Program-made: the position numbers and the translations under genes
Assembly: GCA_965198225.1 (NCBI GenBank)
Contig: CBDAOY010000009.1
Coordinates: 256,001 to 320,000, forward strand
DNA length: 64,000 bases
From: Terriglobia bacterium
GTDB taxonomy: Bacteria > Acidobacteriota > Terriglobia > 20CM-2-55-15
Reading direction: 5' to 3'
The notes under the pieces: generated by a model
Database searches by the model: none
What the model was told of the DNA's origin: nothing
The model's input: the letters and a program-made list of their open reading frames with translations, nothing else
Shown here: piece by piece, positions 10,709 through 19,808 of the stretch
How the letters are laid out: every line of letters begins with the position of its first letter
How positions within the stretch are numbered: the first letter of the stretch is position 1

Positions 10709-11863
10709 GTGCAGGCTAACCAGTTTGTAATCGTCGCCGGCGAAGCGTCCGGAGACATGTACGGAGCCGAGGTCGCTCGCGCCCTGAAGAAAAAGTTTCC
10801 CGGCGCCCGGATCTTTGGACTCGGCGGAGATCGGATGCGCGAGGCGGGCGTGGAGCTCGTCGGCGACATCAGCCATACCGCGGTCGTGGGCCCTTTCGAG
10901 GCCGTGGGTTACTTCGGAACGCTTTATGGCGTATTCCGAAAGATCGCCGAACGGATGGAGTCGGCTGCGCCAAAGGCCGTCGTCCTGATCGATTTCCCAG
11001 ACTTCAACCTGCGCCTCGCGGGACGGGCCAGGGCGGAGGGAATCCCGGTGGTCTACTACATCAGTCCCCAGATCTGGGCCTGGCGTGAGGGTCGGGTGCG
11101 TCAGATCCGGAACGTCGTCGACAAGATGCTCGTGATCCTGCCCTTCGAGGAGGCCATCTACCGCAGGGTCGGCGTGGATGTGGAGTTTGTCGGCCATCCG
11201 CTGCTCGACATGGTCCACGCCAGGATGTCGAAAGGGGTGTTCCTCACAAAGTATCGCCTGGACGGCGGAAAGCCGCTCGTAGCCATCCTCCCGGGAAGCC
11301 GCCGCAAGGAGTTACGCTTTATCCTGCCTACCCTGTGCCGGGCCGTCGACCTGATCCTGAACGAGAAACCCGAAGCCCAGTTCGTGCTGCCTGTCGCCTC
11401 GGGGCTCGACGTCGACTTTGTCGGACGCTTCGTCGGTTCCCGCCCGATCCGTCTGATCACCGGGGACACCTACGACGCGATCCGCTACTCCCGGGCCGCG
11501 ATCGTGGCGAGTGGCACCGCCACGCTGGAAACAGCCCTCCTGGGCACTCCGGAAGTGATCGTCTACCGCATCGGACGGGCGACCTGGTTGCTGGGAAAAT
11601 TCCTTCTGAAGGTGCGCATGTTCGGTCTCGTCAACATCATCCTCGGCGAGGAAGTGGTCCCGGAACTCTACCAGGACAAAATGACGCCCGAGAACGTGTC
11701 CCGCATGACCTTGAAACTGATGGATGACGTCTGGACGCAATCCCAGATCCGCGGAAACTACGAAAAGCTCCGACGGCAGCTGGGTCGAGGCAACGTGGCG
11801 GAGAAGGTAGCCGAGGCAGTCTACGAAGTGGTTAACTCGTCACGCCGACGAAAGAAAGGATGA
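10709..11863 (+). CDS. lpxB: Lipid-A-disaccharide synthase
   Basis: IVAGEASGD, IDFPDFN, YYISPQIWAWR, LPGSR, ASGTATLE. Confidence 0.97.
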   Translation: MQANQFVIVAGEASGDMYGAEVARALKKKFPGARIFGLGGDRMREAGVELVGDISHTAVVGPFEAVGYFGTLYGVFRKIAERMESAAPKAVVLIDFPDFNLRLAGRARAEGIPVVYYISPQIWAWREGRVRQIRNVVDKMLVILPFEEAIYRRVGVDVEFVGHPLLDMVHARMSKGVFLTKYRLDGGKPLVAILPGSRRKELRFILPTLCRAVDLILNEKPEAQFVLPVASGLDVDFVGRFVGSRPIRLITGDTYDAIRYSRAAIVASGTATLETALLGTPEVIVYRIGRATWLLGKFLLKVRMFGLVNIILGEEVVPELYQDKMTPENVSRMTLKLMDDVWTQSQIRGNYEKLRRQLGRGNVAEKVAEAVYEVVNSSRRRKKG

Positions 11864-12548
11864 TCCTGGACCCCACGGGTCGACCGAACACAGTCGCAGG
11901 GGTGAATTCAGCGAAGTAGAGCAAATCCCGCAACCACCTGTCGATCTGCGGATTGCTCGGTCCGGATACGATCTCGTAGTGAATGACTCGGCCGCTGTCA
12001 CTGATGTGAGTCTCCACCGTGAGCGTTTCCTCCAGATACCGTCCGTTTCCGTTCCCCGCAAATCGAGTCATCGTCGGACCCGTCACGCTGACACGCTGGT
12101 AGAGCAAGGGGGCATCCGAGACGCTATTATCGGCAGCGATGACTTCCGGCGCACCCAAACTACCCAGCAGGATCGTGAAGAACACCGCCGTGAAGAAGAC
12201 ACCGGCGATCGCTGGCAACGCGATCGGCCCGACGACATTCGCAAACTTGGTCTCGAGTCGCAGCAGGTAGTTCGTGTTCCGTTCCCGCGACAGCCGGACG
12301 CGGGTTCGGAGAGCAAGATCGACCGGAACTTCGGGTTCGGCCGCCGAGAGCAGCAGGTTCTTTACCGAAATGTAGGACTGGAGCTGCCGTTGACACGGGA
12401 CACACACCGAGACGTGGGCCTCCAACCGGCTGACTTCATCCCCACTCGCCATCGAGTCGATGAACGGGCTCATCAGGCCTTCGGCTTCGTTACAGCCGAT
12501 TCTTTCCGATAGCCGAAACGCCTTTCGTATCGATGCCAGAGTGTTCAT
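11832..12548 (-). CDS. Zinc-finger (HxxxCxxC) transmembrane anti-sigma factor with TonB-C-like periplasmic domain
   Basis: HVSVCVPC motif, TM helix, C-terminal HISDSGRV...FTPATVFGRPV; directly downstream of ECF sigma. Confidence 0.8.
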   Translation of the reverse strand: MNTLASIRKAFRLSERIGCNEAEGLMSPFIDSMASGDEVSRLEAHVSVCVPCQRQLQSYISVKNLLLSAAEPEVPVDLALRTRVRLSRERNTNYLLRLETKFANVVGPIALPAIAGVFFTAVFFTILLGSLGAPEVIAADNSVSDAPLLYQRVSVTGPTMTRFAGNGNGRYLEETLTVETHISDSGRVIHYEIVSGPSNPQIDRWLRDLLYFAEFTPATVFGRPVGSRIILSFVGVTS

Positions 12549-12622
12549 GTTAGCCTCCCGGTAACGGAAAACATTAAGATCCGATTCCGCTACCAGTTCT
12601 TCCAGACCTCATCTGCCAGACC

Positions 12623-13258
12623 TCATCCGATGCGTTTTACCGACAGGTATCGCATCAGACACTTCTTTAGATCTGCGCGCGCCCGAGCCAGGCGCGACTT
12701 CACCGTTCCGATCGAAATACCGAGGATCTCGGCGATCTCCCCGTACGAGAAGCCTTCGATATCCCGGAGGACGATGATCGAACGGTGTTGGCTCGACAGC
12801 TTCCAGATGGCCTTCTGTATCTCGGTCTCCCGTTCCTTCGATTCCAGAATCGCATCCGGCGTGGGATACTCGTCTCTCACCTGAATCGTTCCGTTCCCGT
12901 TGCCGTCCGCATCATCCAGTGAAACGGTCGAATGCCGGTAGCGCCTCCTGAACCAGCGCAGGCGGTTCAGAACCTCCGAGAACGCGATTCGGTATATCCA
13001 GGTCTTCAAAGCAGCCTCACCCTTGAAACGGGCGATGTTCCGAAACACCTTCACGAAGATGTCCTGCGTGACGTCCGCAGCTTCGCCCGGATCACCGAGC
13101 ATGCGACACGCGACGTGATAGATCGAGGCGTGATACGTGCGGACCAGTTCGTCGTAGGCGGCATCTTCGTTCGCCCGCAGGCGAAGAACAAACAGGTTTT
13201 CCTCGGCGGATAATCCGACGGCCGCATCCAGCTCGGAGTATGAGATCTCCCTGCGCAT
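12623..13258 (-). CDS. ECF RNA polymerase sigma factor (RpoE-like)
   Basis: AADVTQDIFVKV, KTWIYRIA, GFSYGEIAEILGISIGTVKSRLARAR. Confidence 0.93.
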   Translation of the reverse strand: MRREISYSELDAAVGLSAEENLFVLRLRANEDAAYDELVRTYHASIYHVACRMLGDPGEAADVTQDIFVKVFRNIARFKGEAALKTWIYRIAFSEVLNRLRWFRRRYRHSTVSLDDADGNGNGTIQVRDEYPTPDAILESKERETEIQKAIWKLSSQHRSIIVLRDIEGFSYGEIAEILGISIGTVKSRLARARADLKKCLMRYLSVKRIG

Positions 13259-13319
13259 TCTCGAAAGGCATCCCCCCGGAGGAACTTGAAACCTATCCTA
13301 ACATTAGCACCGTTCTTAC

Positions 13320-14732
13320 TTACGAGACACCGTCGGAGCCGATTTGTTCCACGAATCGGACGCCGGCTTCGAGGATCTCCTCAGCGGAAGCGCGGCTCGG
13401 AGCTTCGCAATAGACCCGCAGCACCGGCTCAGTGCCGGAGCGCCGGAACAGGATCCAGCTTTCCGGCCCCAGCATCAGCTTGACGCCATCGAGCGTCCGA
13501 ATTTCGGTAACTGGCTTTCCTGCAAATACTTCCGGGCTGTCACTTTCGAGCGAATGGATCAGACCAGCGCTTGTTTCCATCGGCAGATGCAGGTCCCGCC
13601 GATCGTAGTGGTATTCGCCGAATTCGGCCCACATGTCCCGAATCAGAAGGCTCAGTGGCTTCTGCTCCCAGGCGAGCAGATCCAGCATGAGAAGGTTCAC
13701 GAGGAGCCCGTCTCGCTCGGGGAGGTGTCGGGAGACCCCGACGCCTCCGCTCTCTTCTCCCCCGATTAGAATCTCCTGTTCGAGCATGAGCTCAGCAATG
13801 TTCTTGAATCCAATAGGTGTTTCGAGGACTTCAAGATCCAGAGCCGCCGCGATGCGCCCGACGAGCCTGCTCTGAGAAAACGTATGGGCCACTGCACCCC
13901 GCCACCCTCTGTTCCGGTACAGATGGAGGAGCAGTAGCGGCAGCACCTGCAAGGTGGGGATGAACGCACCTGTTTCGTCGATGATTCCAAGCCGGTCGGC
14001 ATCTCCGTCGGTCGCCAGGCCGACGGCACTGCCCGACTCGCGGACGGCATCCCGTAGAGGCTCCAGCTGCGGCATCATCGGTTCCGGGTCGACACCACCG
14101 AAGAAGGGGTCCGGCTCGCCACGGATCGTCCGAACTTCGCAGCCTGTGTCCAAGAGCAGGTCCTCCAACAGGCGACCGCCGCTTCCGTGCATGGAATCGA
14201 CCACCATACGGAATCCGGACTCCGAAATCCTCTCCCAATCGACGAGTGTTCGCAGGTGGGCCGAGTAGTCGGGGGTCGGCTCCACCGTCTCGATCCCTTC
14301 CGCCGACGAACGAACCGGACTGCGTCCCAACAGGGTCTCGATTTCGGACGTGATCGCGGTAGTAGCGCTTCCGCCGAAGGACGCTTTGACCTTGAAACCG
14401 TTGAAGTCCGGCGGGTTGTGGCTGGCAGTGATCACCACACCGCCAGCAAGGTTGCGCCGGCGCACTTCGAAGGAAACGTATGGGGTCGGGTAGGGTCGAT
14501 CCATCAAGAGCACCCGGAAACCGTTGCCCGCGAAGACTTCGGCGGTCGCGCGAGCGAACTGCGGGGAGAGAAAGCGGACATCGTAACCGATGAAAACACC
14601 GCGCTCACCGCCAGGCACCGAATGAAAGCAATCCGCCGTGGCTTGCGCTGCCACCCGCAGGCTTTCGAAGGTGAAGTCGTCGGCGATCACACCGCGCCAG
14701 CCGTCGGTGCCGAACTTTATTGGGGAGTTCAT
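13320..14732 (-). CDS. Phosphoglucomutase/phosphomannomutase
   Basis: FGTDGWRG, TASHNP, DGDADR, GGEESGG, RRSGTEP. Confidence 0.93.
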   Translation of the reverse strand: MNSPIKFGTDGWRGVIADDFTFESLRVAAQATADCFHSVPGGERGVFIGYDVRFLSPQFARATAEVFAGNGFRVLLMDRPYPTPYVSFEVRRRNLAGGVVITASHNPPDFNGFKVKASFGGSATTAITSEIETLLGRSPVRSSAEGIETVEPTPDYSAHLRTLVDWERISESGFRMVVDSMHGSGGRLLEDLLLDTGCEVRTIRGEPDPFFGGVDPEPMMPQLEPLRDAVRESGSAVGLATDGDADRLGIIDETGAFIPTLQVLPLLLLHLYRNRGWRGAVAHTFSQSRLVGRIAAALDLEVLETPIGFKNIAELMLEQEILIGGEESGGVGVSRHLPERDGLLVNLLMLDLLAWEQKPLSLLIRDMWAEFGEYHYDRRDLHLPMETSAGLIHSLESDSPEVFAGKPVTEIRTLDGVKLMLGPESWILFRRSGTEPVLRVYCEAPSRASAEEILEAGVRFVEQIGSDGVS

Positions 14733-14814
14733 CGGGAAGTAGTCGGTATTTCGTTGGGCGTAGGCCGTAGGCCGTTAGTCGGCCAGCCAGTGCTATGCGA
14801 ATCGAGTCGCCCTT

Positions 14815-14974
14815 CACTGACACCTGACCACTGGCCACTGACCGACCAGAAGTGACGAGTGACGAGTGACAAGTAACAAGTAAGAAGCCGGAGCGGGGAC
14901 ACGCCTGGGTAGAAACCGCTGAGACGTGTGTTCAAGGCACGATCCTCCGACTCGTCACTCGTCACTTGTCACTT
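14815..14974. repeat. Inverted arrays of AGTGAC(G/A) heptamer tandem repeats
   Basis: AGTGACG AGTGACG AGTGACA AGTAACA at 14851-14878 and complementary ACTCGTC ACTCGTC ACTTGTC at 14950-14970; also CACTGAC-like units 14815-14843. Confidence 0.75.
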
Positions 14975-14981
14975 CCCGGTA

Positions 14982-16016
14982 TCACAGAGACGAATAGTCG
15001 GTTACGACGGCCTTGCCGCCCAACAAAGTGCCGGGGCTCAGGATCGCGGCCCGACCGATGTAGCAGCCGCGTCCCATCAGGGTGCCCGAGATGCGGGCGT
15101 CGGCATCGATCGTGTTGCCGGACCAGATCACCGAGTCCACGATGTGTGCACCGGCGTCGATCTTGCAGTTGCTGCCGATGACGGAGTTCTCGACCCGTGC
15201 ATTTTCGCGGATCGTCACGCCATCGCCAATGATCGACGCGTCGTCGACGAAAGCCCCTATAGGCAGGCTGTCGCGGTCGAAACCGTTCGATGGAATCTCA
15301 GGCGAGCGGAACTTGCCGTTCAGAATATCGCGGTGGACTTCGAGATACTTGGAAGGTGTTCCGATGTCGATCCAGTAATTGTCGGTAACGACGGAATACA
15401 TCCGCTCTTTCCGCTCCAGAAGCGTCGGGAAGAGCTCCCGCTCGAAGGAACACGGTTTTCCCTTTGGCATGTGCTCGAGCACTGAGGGCTCCAGCACGTA
15501 GACACCCGCGTTGATCGTATTGCAAGTGATCTCATCCATGCTGGGCTTCTCCAGGAACCGGTGGATCCGTCCCTGATCATCGGACTCGACCAGGCCGTAA
15601 GCGGTAGGATCGTCCACCGGCGTGAGGACCAGCGTCGCGACGGCCTTCTTGCTGCGATGGTTTTCGATCACCGAATTCAGATCCAGCGATGTCAGGACAT
15701 CGCCGTTGAAGACCACAGTCGTCGAATCGATCCACTCTTCCGCGTTCTTGAACGCGCCACCGGTGCCGAGCGGTGTCGACTCGACGGCATAACGGATCAG
15801 AACATCGAAATCGGCTCCGTCTTTCAGAAGGTCTTCTATCTTTCTGGGCTGGTAGGACAGGCTCAAGACTATCTCGGAGATTCCAGCACTCTTCATGAGA
15901 TCGATCTGGTATAGGAGAAATGGCCGGTTCGCAACCGGAACGATAGGCTTGGGTGTGTTCAGCGTCAGAGGCCGGAGTCGCGTTCCCTTCCCGCCCGCCA
16001 GAATGAGGCCTTTCAT
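14982..16016 (-). CDS. NDP-sugar pyrophosphorylase (mannose-1-phosphate guanylyltransferase-like) with left-handed beta-helix
   Basis: MKGLILAGGKGTRLRPLT, PLGTGGA, YWIDIGTP, C-terminal hexapeptide repeats; ATG at 16016. Confidence 0.92.
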   Translation of the reverse strand: MKGLILAGGKGTRLRPLTLNTPKPIVPVANRPFLLYQIDLMKSAGISEIVLSLSYQPRKIEDLLKDGADFDVLIRYAVESTPLGTGGAFKNAEEWIDSTTVVFNGDVLTSLDLNSVIENHRSKKAVATLVLTPVDDPTAYGLVESDDQGRIHRFLEKPSMDEITCNTINAGVYVLEPSVLEHMPKGKPCSFERELFPTLLERKERMYSVVTDNYWIDIGTPSKYLEVHRDILNGKFRSPEIPSNGFDRDSLPIGAFVDDASIIGDGVTIRENARVENSVIGSNCKIDAGAHIVDSVIWSGNTIDADARISGTLMGRGCYIGRAAILSPGTLLGGKAVVTDYSSL

Positions 16017-16151
16017 GATGAAATCTATAATACCGCAGGCGTCGGAAACCCACTCATAGAGGACGTGTTTCGCACGCGTCATTCGGCGGGTTGGGGCCGG
16101 TATCCGAAGTGGCCGCTCCTGCCCCAATCTGATAAACTTGCCATCCACGCT

Positions 16152-16748
16152 ATGAATCTGCCCAACGCAGTAACGCTGTCCAGGATCTTCCTCGTTCCGG
16201 TGCTCGTAACGCTGCTCTTGACCAAGTACAGCGTCCTGATCGCCGCGATCGTGTTCCTTGCCGCCTCGCTGACCGACCTTCTGGACGGTTACCTCGCACG
16301 CGCCCGCAACGAGGTGACGACTCTTGGCATGCTTCTGGACCCGGTAGCCGACAAACTGCTGATTTCCGCCGCGTTCATCTCGCTGGTTCAACTGCAGATC
16401 GTTGCGGCGTGGATGGTTGTTGTCATCATTGGCAGGGAGTTCGCCGTAAGCGGTCTGCGCAGCATCGCGGCTTCCCAGGGCTTTACGATCGACGCCTCGG
16501 AACTCGGCAAGCTCAAGATGTTCTTCCAGGTGGCAGCGATTACGCTGCTGATTCTCGGAAGCCAGTACCCCGTCTTCTTCAACGCCGGTTACATCGCCCT
16601 CTGGATGGTCGTTCTGTTCGCGATTCTTTCCGCCGTCGACTACTTCCGCACTTTCTGGTCGAAGATCGACGACCGGTTCAAAGCCCAGGAACGCCGCCGC
16701 GACATTCTTTTGAAGAAGAGGCCGGGCCGGCATGTTCCAACTCAGTAG
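16152..16748 (+). CDS. pgsA: CDP-diacylglycerol--glycerol-3-phosphate 3-phosphatidyltransferase
   Basis: MNLPNAVTLSRI, TDLLDGYLAR..GMLLDPVADK CDP-alcohol phosphotransferase motif. Confidence 0.93.
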   Translation: MNLPNAVTLSRIFLVPVLVTLLLTKYSVLIAAIVFLAASLTDLLDGYLARARNEVTTLGMLLDPVADKLLISAAFISLVQLQIVAAWMVVVIIGREFAVSGLRSIAASQGFTIDASELGKLKMFFQVAAITLLILGSQYPVFFNAGYIALWMVVLFAILSAVDYFRTFWSKIDDRFKAQERRRDILLKKRPGRHVPTQ

Positions 16749-17298
16749 CCGCGAACAACAATTGCTGCTGGAGATCGCGCGGGGAGCCGTTCGCGCTCAC
16801 CTGGCGAAGGCAAAGCCGCCGGTTCACGAGATTCCAGACGGAACACTCCGGCAGCCCCACGGCGTTTTCGTCTCCATACACCGGGCTGGGGAACTCCGTG
16901 GCTGCATCGGCCGCGTTGAATCGGACAGACCGCTCCACCAAGCAACGGCCGAGTGCGCGATTTCCGCAGCAGTGGCAGATCCCCGCTTCATGCCGGTGGA
17001 AGTCGACGAGCTGGGCCACGTCTCGTTCGAGATCTCGGCCCTGACCGCGTTGACAACGATCGAAGGCGCGGACCAGCTCGAAGTCGGACGCCATGGCCTG
17101 ATGGTCGAAAAAGGTTCCAGCCGGGGGCTTCTGCTGCCACAGGTCGCCTCTCGATACGGATGGGACCTCCAGGAGTTTCTGAGTCAGACCTGTCTGAAAG
17201 CGGGGCTGGGCCCCGGCGAGTGGCGGTCCGGCGCCAACCTGTTCGTCTTCGAGGCGATCGTCTTCGAGGAGCCCTCGAACCGGTCGGCGCATCCATGA
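16732..17298 (+). CDS. AMMECR1-domain protein (AmmeMemoRadiSam system protein A)
   Basis: GVFVSI...LRGCIG, DPRF, GLLLPQV, TCLKAGL. Confidence 0.9.
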   Translation: MFQLSSREQQLLLEIARGAVRAHLAKAKPPVHEIPDGTLRQPHGVFVSIHRAGELRGCIGRVESDRPLHQATAECAISAAVADPRFMPVEVDELGHVSFEISALTALTTIEGADQLEVGRHGLMVEKGSSRGLLLPQVASRYGWDLQEFLSQTCLKAGLGPGEWRSGANLFVFEAIVFEEPSNRSAHP

Positions 17299-18137
17299 TT
17301 CTCCAGCTTCCATTCCACGACATCGACCCGGTCTTCCTGAACATCGGAGGAATCCAACTTCGATGGTACGGGTTGATGTACATGCTCGGTTTCATCGTCG
17401 CCTACTTCATCATGCGACGCTTGGTCCGGCAAAGACCCCTGCCTTTGTCCCGAGATGACATCTACGATCTGCTCTTCTACCTGATCCTCGGCCTCATGGG
17501 CGGCGGACGGATCGGCTACGTCCTCTTCTATGACATCGGCACCTACCTGGAAAACCCGCTTTCGATCGTCGCGATCTGGCAGGGCGGCATGTCGTTCCAC
17601 GGCGGCCTGATCGGCATGACGCTGGCGGCGATCCTGATCGTGCGCAAGAAGGGCTGGAAGTTCTGGGAGATCGCCGACCTGACCGCCGTCGCGGTACCGA
17701 TCGGTCTGGGTCTGGGACGGATCGGCAACTTCATCAACGGTGAGCTCTATGGGCGCGCCAGCACGCTGCCATGGGCGATGGTGTTTCCAGATGGAGGCGG
17801 CGTCGCCCGACACCCGTCACAACTCTACGAAGCCCTGCTGGAGGGCCTGGCGCTCTTCCTGATTGTGCGTTGGGTCTACCACCTGAACCTGCGTCCCGGA
17901 GCTGCTTTGTGGACTATGGTCTCCGTCTACGGTCTCTTCCGCTTCTCGGTGGAATTCCTGCGGGAGCCAGATGCGCACATCGGGTTCGACCTCGGCCCGT
18001 TCACGCGCGGGCAGTTGCTCAGCTTTCCGATGTTGCTGGTTGGAACCTACTTCCTGGTGAGGACCCTACGTCAGGAACCCGAGTCTACCGCAGCTCCACA
18101 AAATCGCCCGCAGAAACGCCGTCCGAAGCGAAAGTGA
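17295..18137 (+). CDS. lgt: Prolipoprotein diacylglyceryl transferase
   Basis: RWYGLMY, GGMSFHGGL, GRIGNFINGELYGR, RHPSQLYE; ATG at 17295 overlaps upstream stop. Confidence 0.96.
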   Translation: MILQLPFHDIDPVFLNIGGIQLRWYGLMYMLGFIVAYFIMRRLVRQRPLPLSRDDIYDLLFYLILGLMGGGRIGYVLFYDIGTYLENPLSIVAIWQGGMSFHGGLIGMTLAAILIVRKKGWKFWEIADLTAVAVPIGLGLGRIGNFINGELYGRASTLPWAMVFPDGGGVARHPSQLYEALLEGLALFLIVRWVYHLNLRPGAALWTMVSVYGLFRFSVEFLREPDAHIGFDLGPFTRGQLLSFPMLLVGTYFLVRTLRQEPESTAAPQNRPQKRRPKRK

Positions 18138-19389
18138 TGATGGCGGTGGCGGCGCGCTCTTCGACCTTGAGGACGATGAGCTCCCCGATGACCTGTCGCT
18201 GGGTGCCCAGGATCCGGGCGGCCTTCGATGAGAGATCGTAGAGGCTGTTGTCGACGTTGAGAGGACGATAGATCAGGAAGATGTCGCCAATACGAACGCC
18301 GTCACGATTGCCGAGATCAATGTAAACGATCTGTCCGTCGGCGGCCATGCCTGCAGAGAGGCCGCTCAGGTGTGTCCCCGCTGGTCCGGGAAGCCGCGTG
18401 CTGGTGCCGAAGACCGTGGACGCCGCGTTGAACAAAGCCGTCTGCGACATTGCGACGGCGCCTGTGATCTTCCCGCTGCTGGGCATGGTCGGGCTGAACG
18501 GCCGGTTCTTGGGCAATTCAGGAAAGTCGATCAGCCTGAAGCCAACGACCGTGTCTCCGATCTCGATGGAATCGCAGGAGTTGATCACGCGGGCGAGCGA
18601 GAAATCGGATTGGACCAGGACAACCCTCAGCTGACCCAGTTCCAGGTAGTGCATCCCCAGGGCTCCGACCGCGGCTCGCGGACTGCGGATCGCTATCGTT
18701 GGTCGAACGACTGTGAGGATTTGCCCGGCTTCAATCCCCGCGGCCGAACCCTCGCTCACATACACGTAGTCGGTTTCGCGGGCCATCGCGGAAACGCCCT
18801 GGGGGAACAGGGCCATGACGTTGAGATCGCTGGACAGGGTGCGCGTCGTGACGAAGCCGGAGCAGTAAAGATCAGCGGCTTTCACTTCCGGCGTTGGAAT
18901 CGGATCCGGCAGGTCGAACCCGATCGGGGGCGGGGCCGGACCGGCGCTGTCGGCCAGCCTCGGTGTGGCGGGCAGTCGGACAGGCCGGATCGGTCGCGGC
19001 TCGGGTTCAGGAGCGGGCTCGGGTTCCGGTTCGGCCGCCGGCGGCTGCGGAGGCTCGGCCTCGGTGATCCGTGTGAGCGGGCGGATCAGTATCTTGTCTT
19101 CGGGGTAGATCCAATGAGGATTGACGATGTGTTCGTTCGTCTCCCATAACTGCGGCCAGAGGAAGGGATCGTTGAGCAACCGCTCGGCGAGAGCCCAAAG
19201 CGTGTCGCCCTCCGCGACCACATAGACTTCGAAGTCCTCGGCGCCTTCTGGCGCATTGTTTGCGGTCCAGTGCCCGTCTTGTTCGCCCAGATTCGGCGGC
19301 GCGCCCTGCTCGGGAGAGGGTCGCTGTTGGGCAACCACAGCCGAACCGCACAAAACGACAAGCGCCAACGTCAAAGGTAAACGTCTCAT
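18085..19389 (-). CDS. Exported LysM peptidoglycan-binding protein
   Basis: Signal peptide; YVVAEGDTLWALAERLLNDPFLWPQLW..NPHWIYPED LysM; Pro-rich linker. Confidence 0.9.
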   Translation of the reverse strand: MRRLPLTLALVVLCGSAVVAQQRPSPEQGAPPNLGEQDGHWTANNAPEGAEDFEVYVVAEGDTLWALAERLLNDPFLWPQLWETNEHIVNPHWIYPEDKILIRPLTRITEAEPPQPPAAEPEPEPAPEPEPRPIRPVRLPATPRLADSAGPAPPPIGFDLPDPIPTPEVKAADLYCSGFVTTRTLSSDLNVMALFPQGVSAMARETDYVYVSEGSAAGIEAGQILTVVRPTIAIRSPRAAVGALGMHYLELGQLRVVLVQSDFSLARVINSCDSIEIGDTVVGFRLIDFPELPKNRPFSPTMPSSGKITGAVAMSQTALFNAASTVFGTSTRLPGPAGTHLSGLSAGMAADGQIVYIDLGNRDGVRIGDIFLIYRPLNVDNSLYDLSSKAARILGTQRQVIGELIVLKVEERAATAIITFASDGVSAGDFVELR

Positions 19390-19480
19390 TGGATCTCATT
19401 AGTAACAGAAGCGCTTGCGGCAGTCAACATATTGATAACACGCACTTCGAGGACAAACCCAAGATGGTGTATCTCGCATT

Positions 19481-19633
19481 GGGTGGGACCCGACCGGTGG
19501 TTGTCGGAGCTGGATCTGTGAGTCGACGAACGCTCGGCCCACCGCGCTTACGGGTTCACCCGAAACGGGAGCCGCGAACGGAGGGAAGACGCCCATACGC
19601 AATATTTGCGCTCCCGGGGCGGATGCCTCGCCC
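19481..19633. ncRNA. Possible structured non-coding RNA (6S-like long hairpin)
   Basis: 5' GGGTGGG..CCGG can pair with 3' CCGG..CTCGCCC; apical stem GGTTC-CCCG-AAA-CGGG-AGCC; pairing by eye only. Confidence 0.3.
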
Positions 19634-19687
19634 TCGTAGCCGGAGAGAAAGGCCGTGAAGGCCCTATCTACCAATGGATTGAACCAT

Positions 19688-19716
19688 TTGAACCCGATTT
19701 GTGATATTGTTATAAG
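19688..19716 (+). promoter_or_regulatory. Sigma70-type promoter upstream of cysK cluster
   Basis: TTGAAC-17 nt-TATAAG. Confidence 0.6.
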
Positions 19717-19808
19717 TTTCTGCACCCGTCGGAGTGCCGGGTTGTGCAGGTTGGACCCGTCGCCCCCGACGCCGTTGGAGTGAGAGGTAAGCTCGGAGAA
19801 AGATAAAG

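Noticed and set aside
16017-16733. N-terminal extension of the 583-aa minus-strand ORF
   Set aside because: Antisense shadow of pgsA; the nucleotidyltransferase motif begins at ATG 16016
19717-19808. SAM riboswitch or attenuator upstream of cysK
   Set aside because: No SAM-I/II/IV consensus or leader peptide recognisable; only a generic stem-loop
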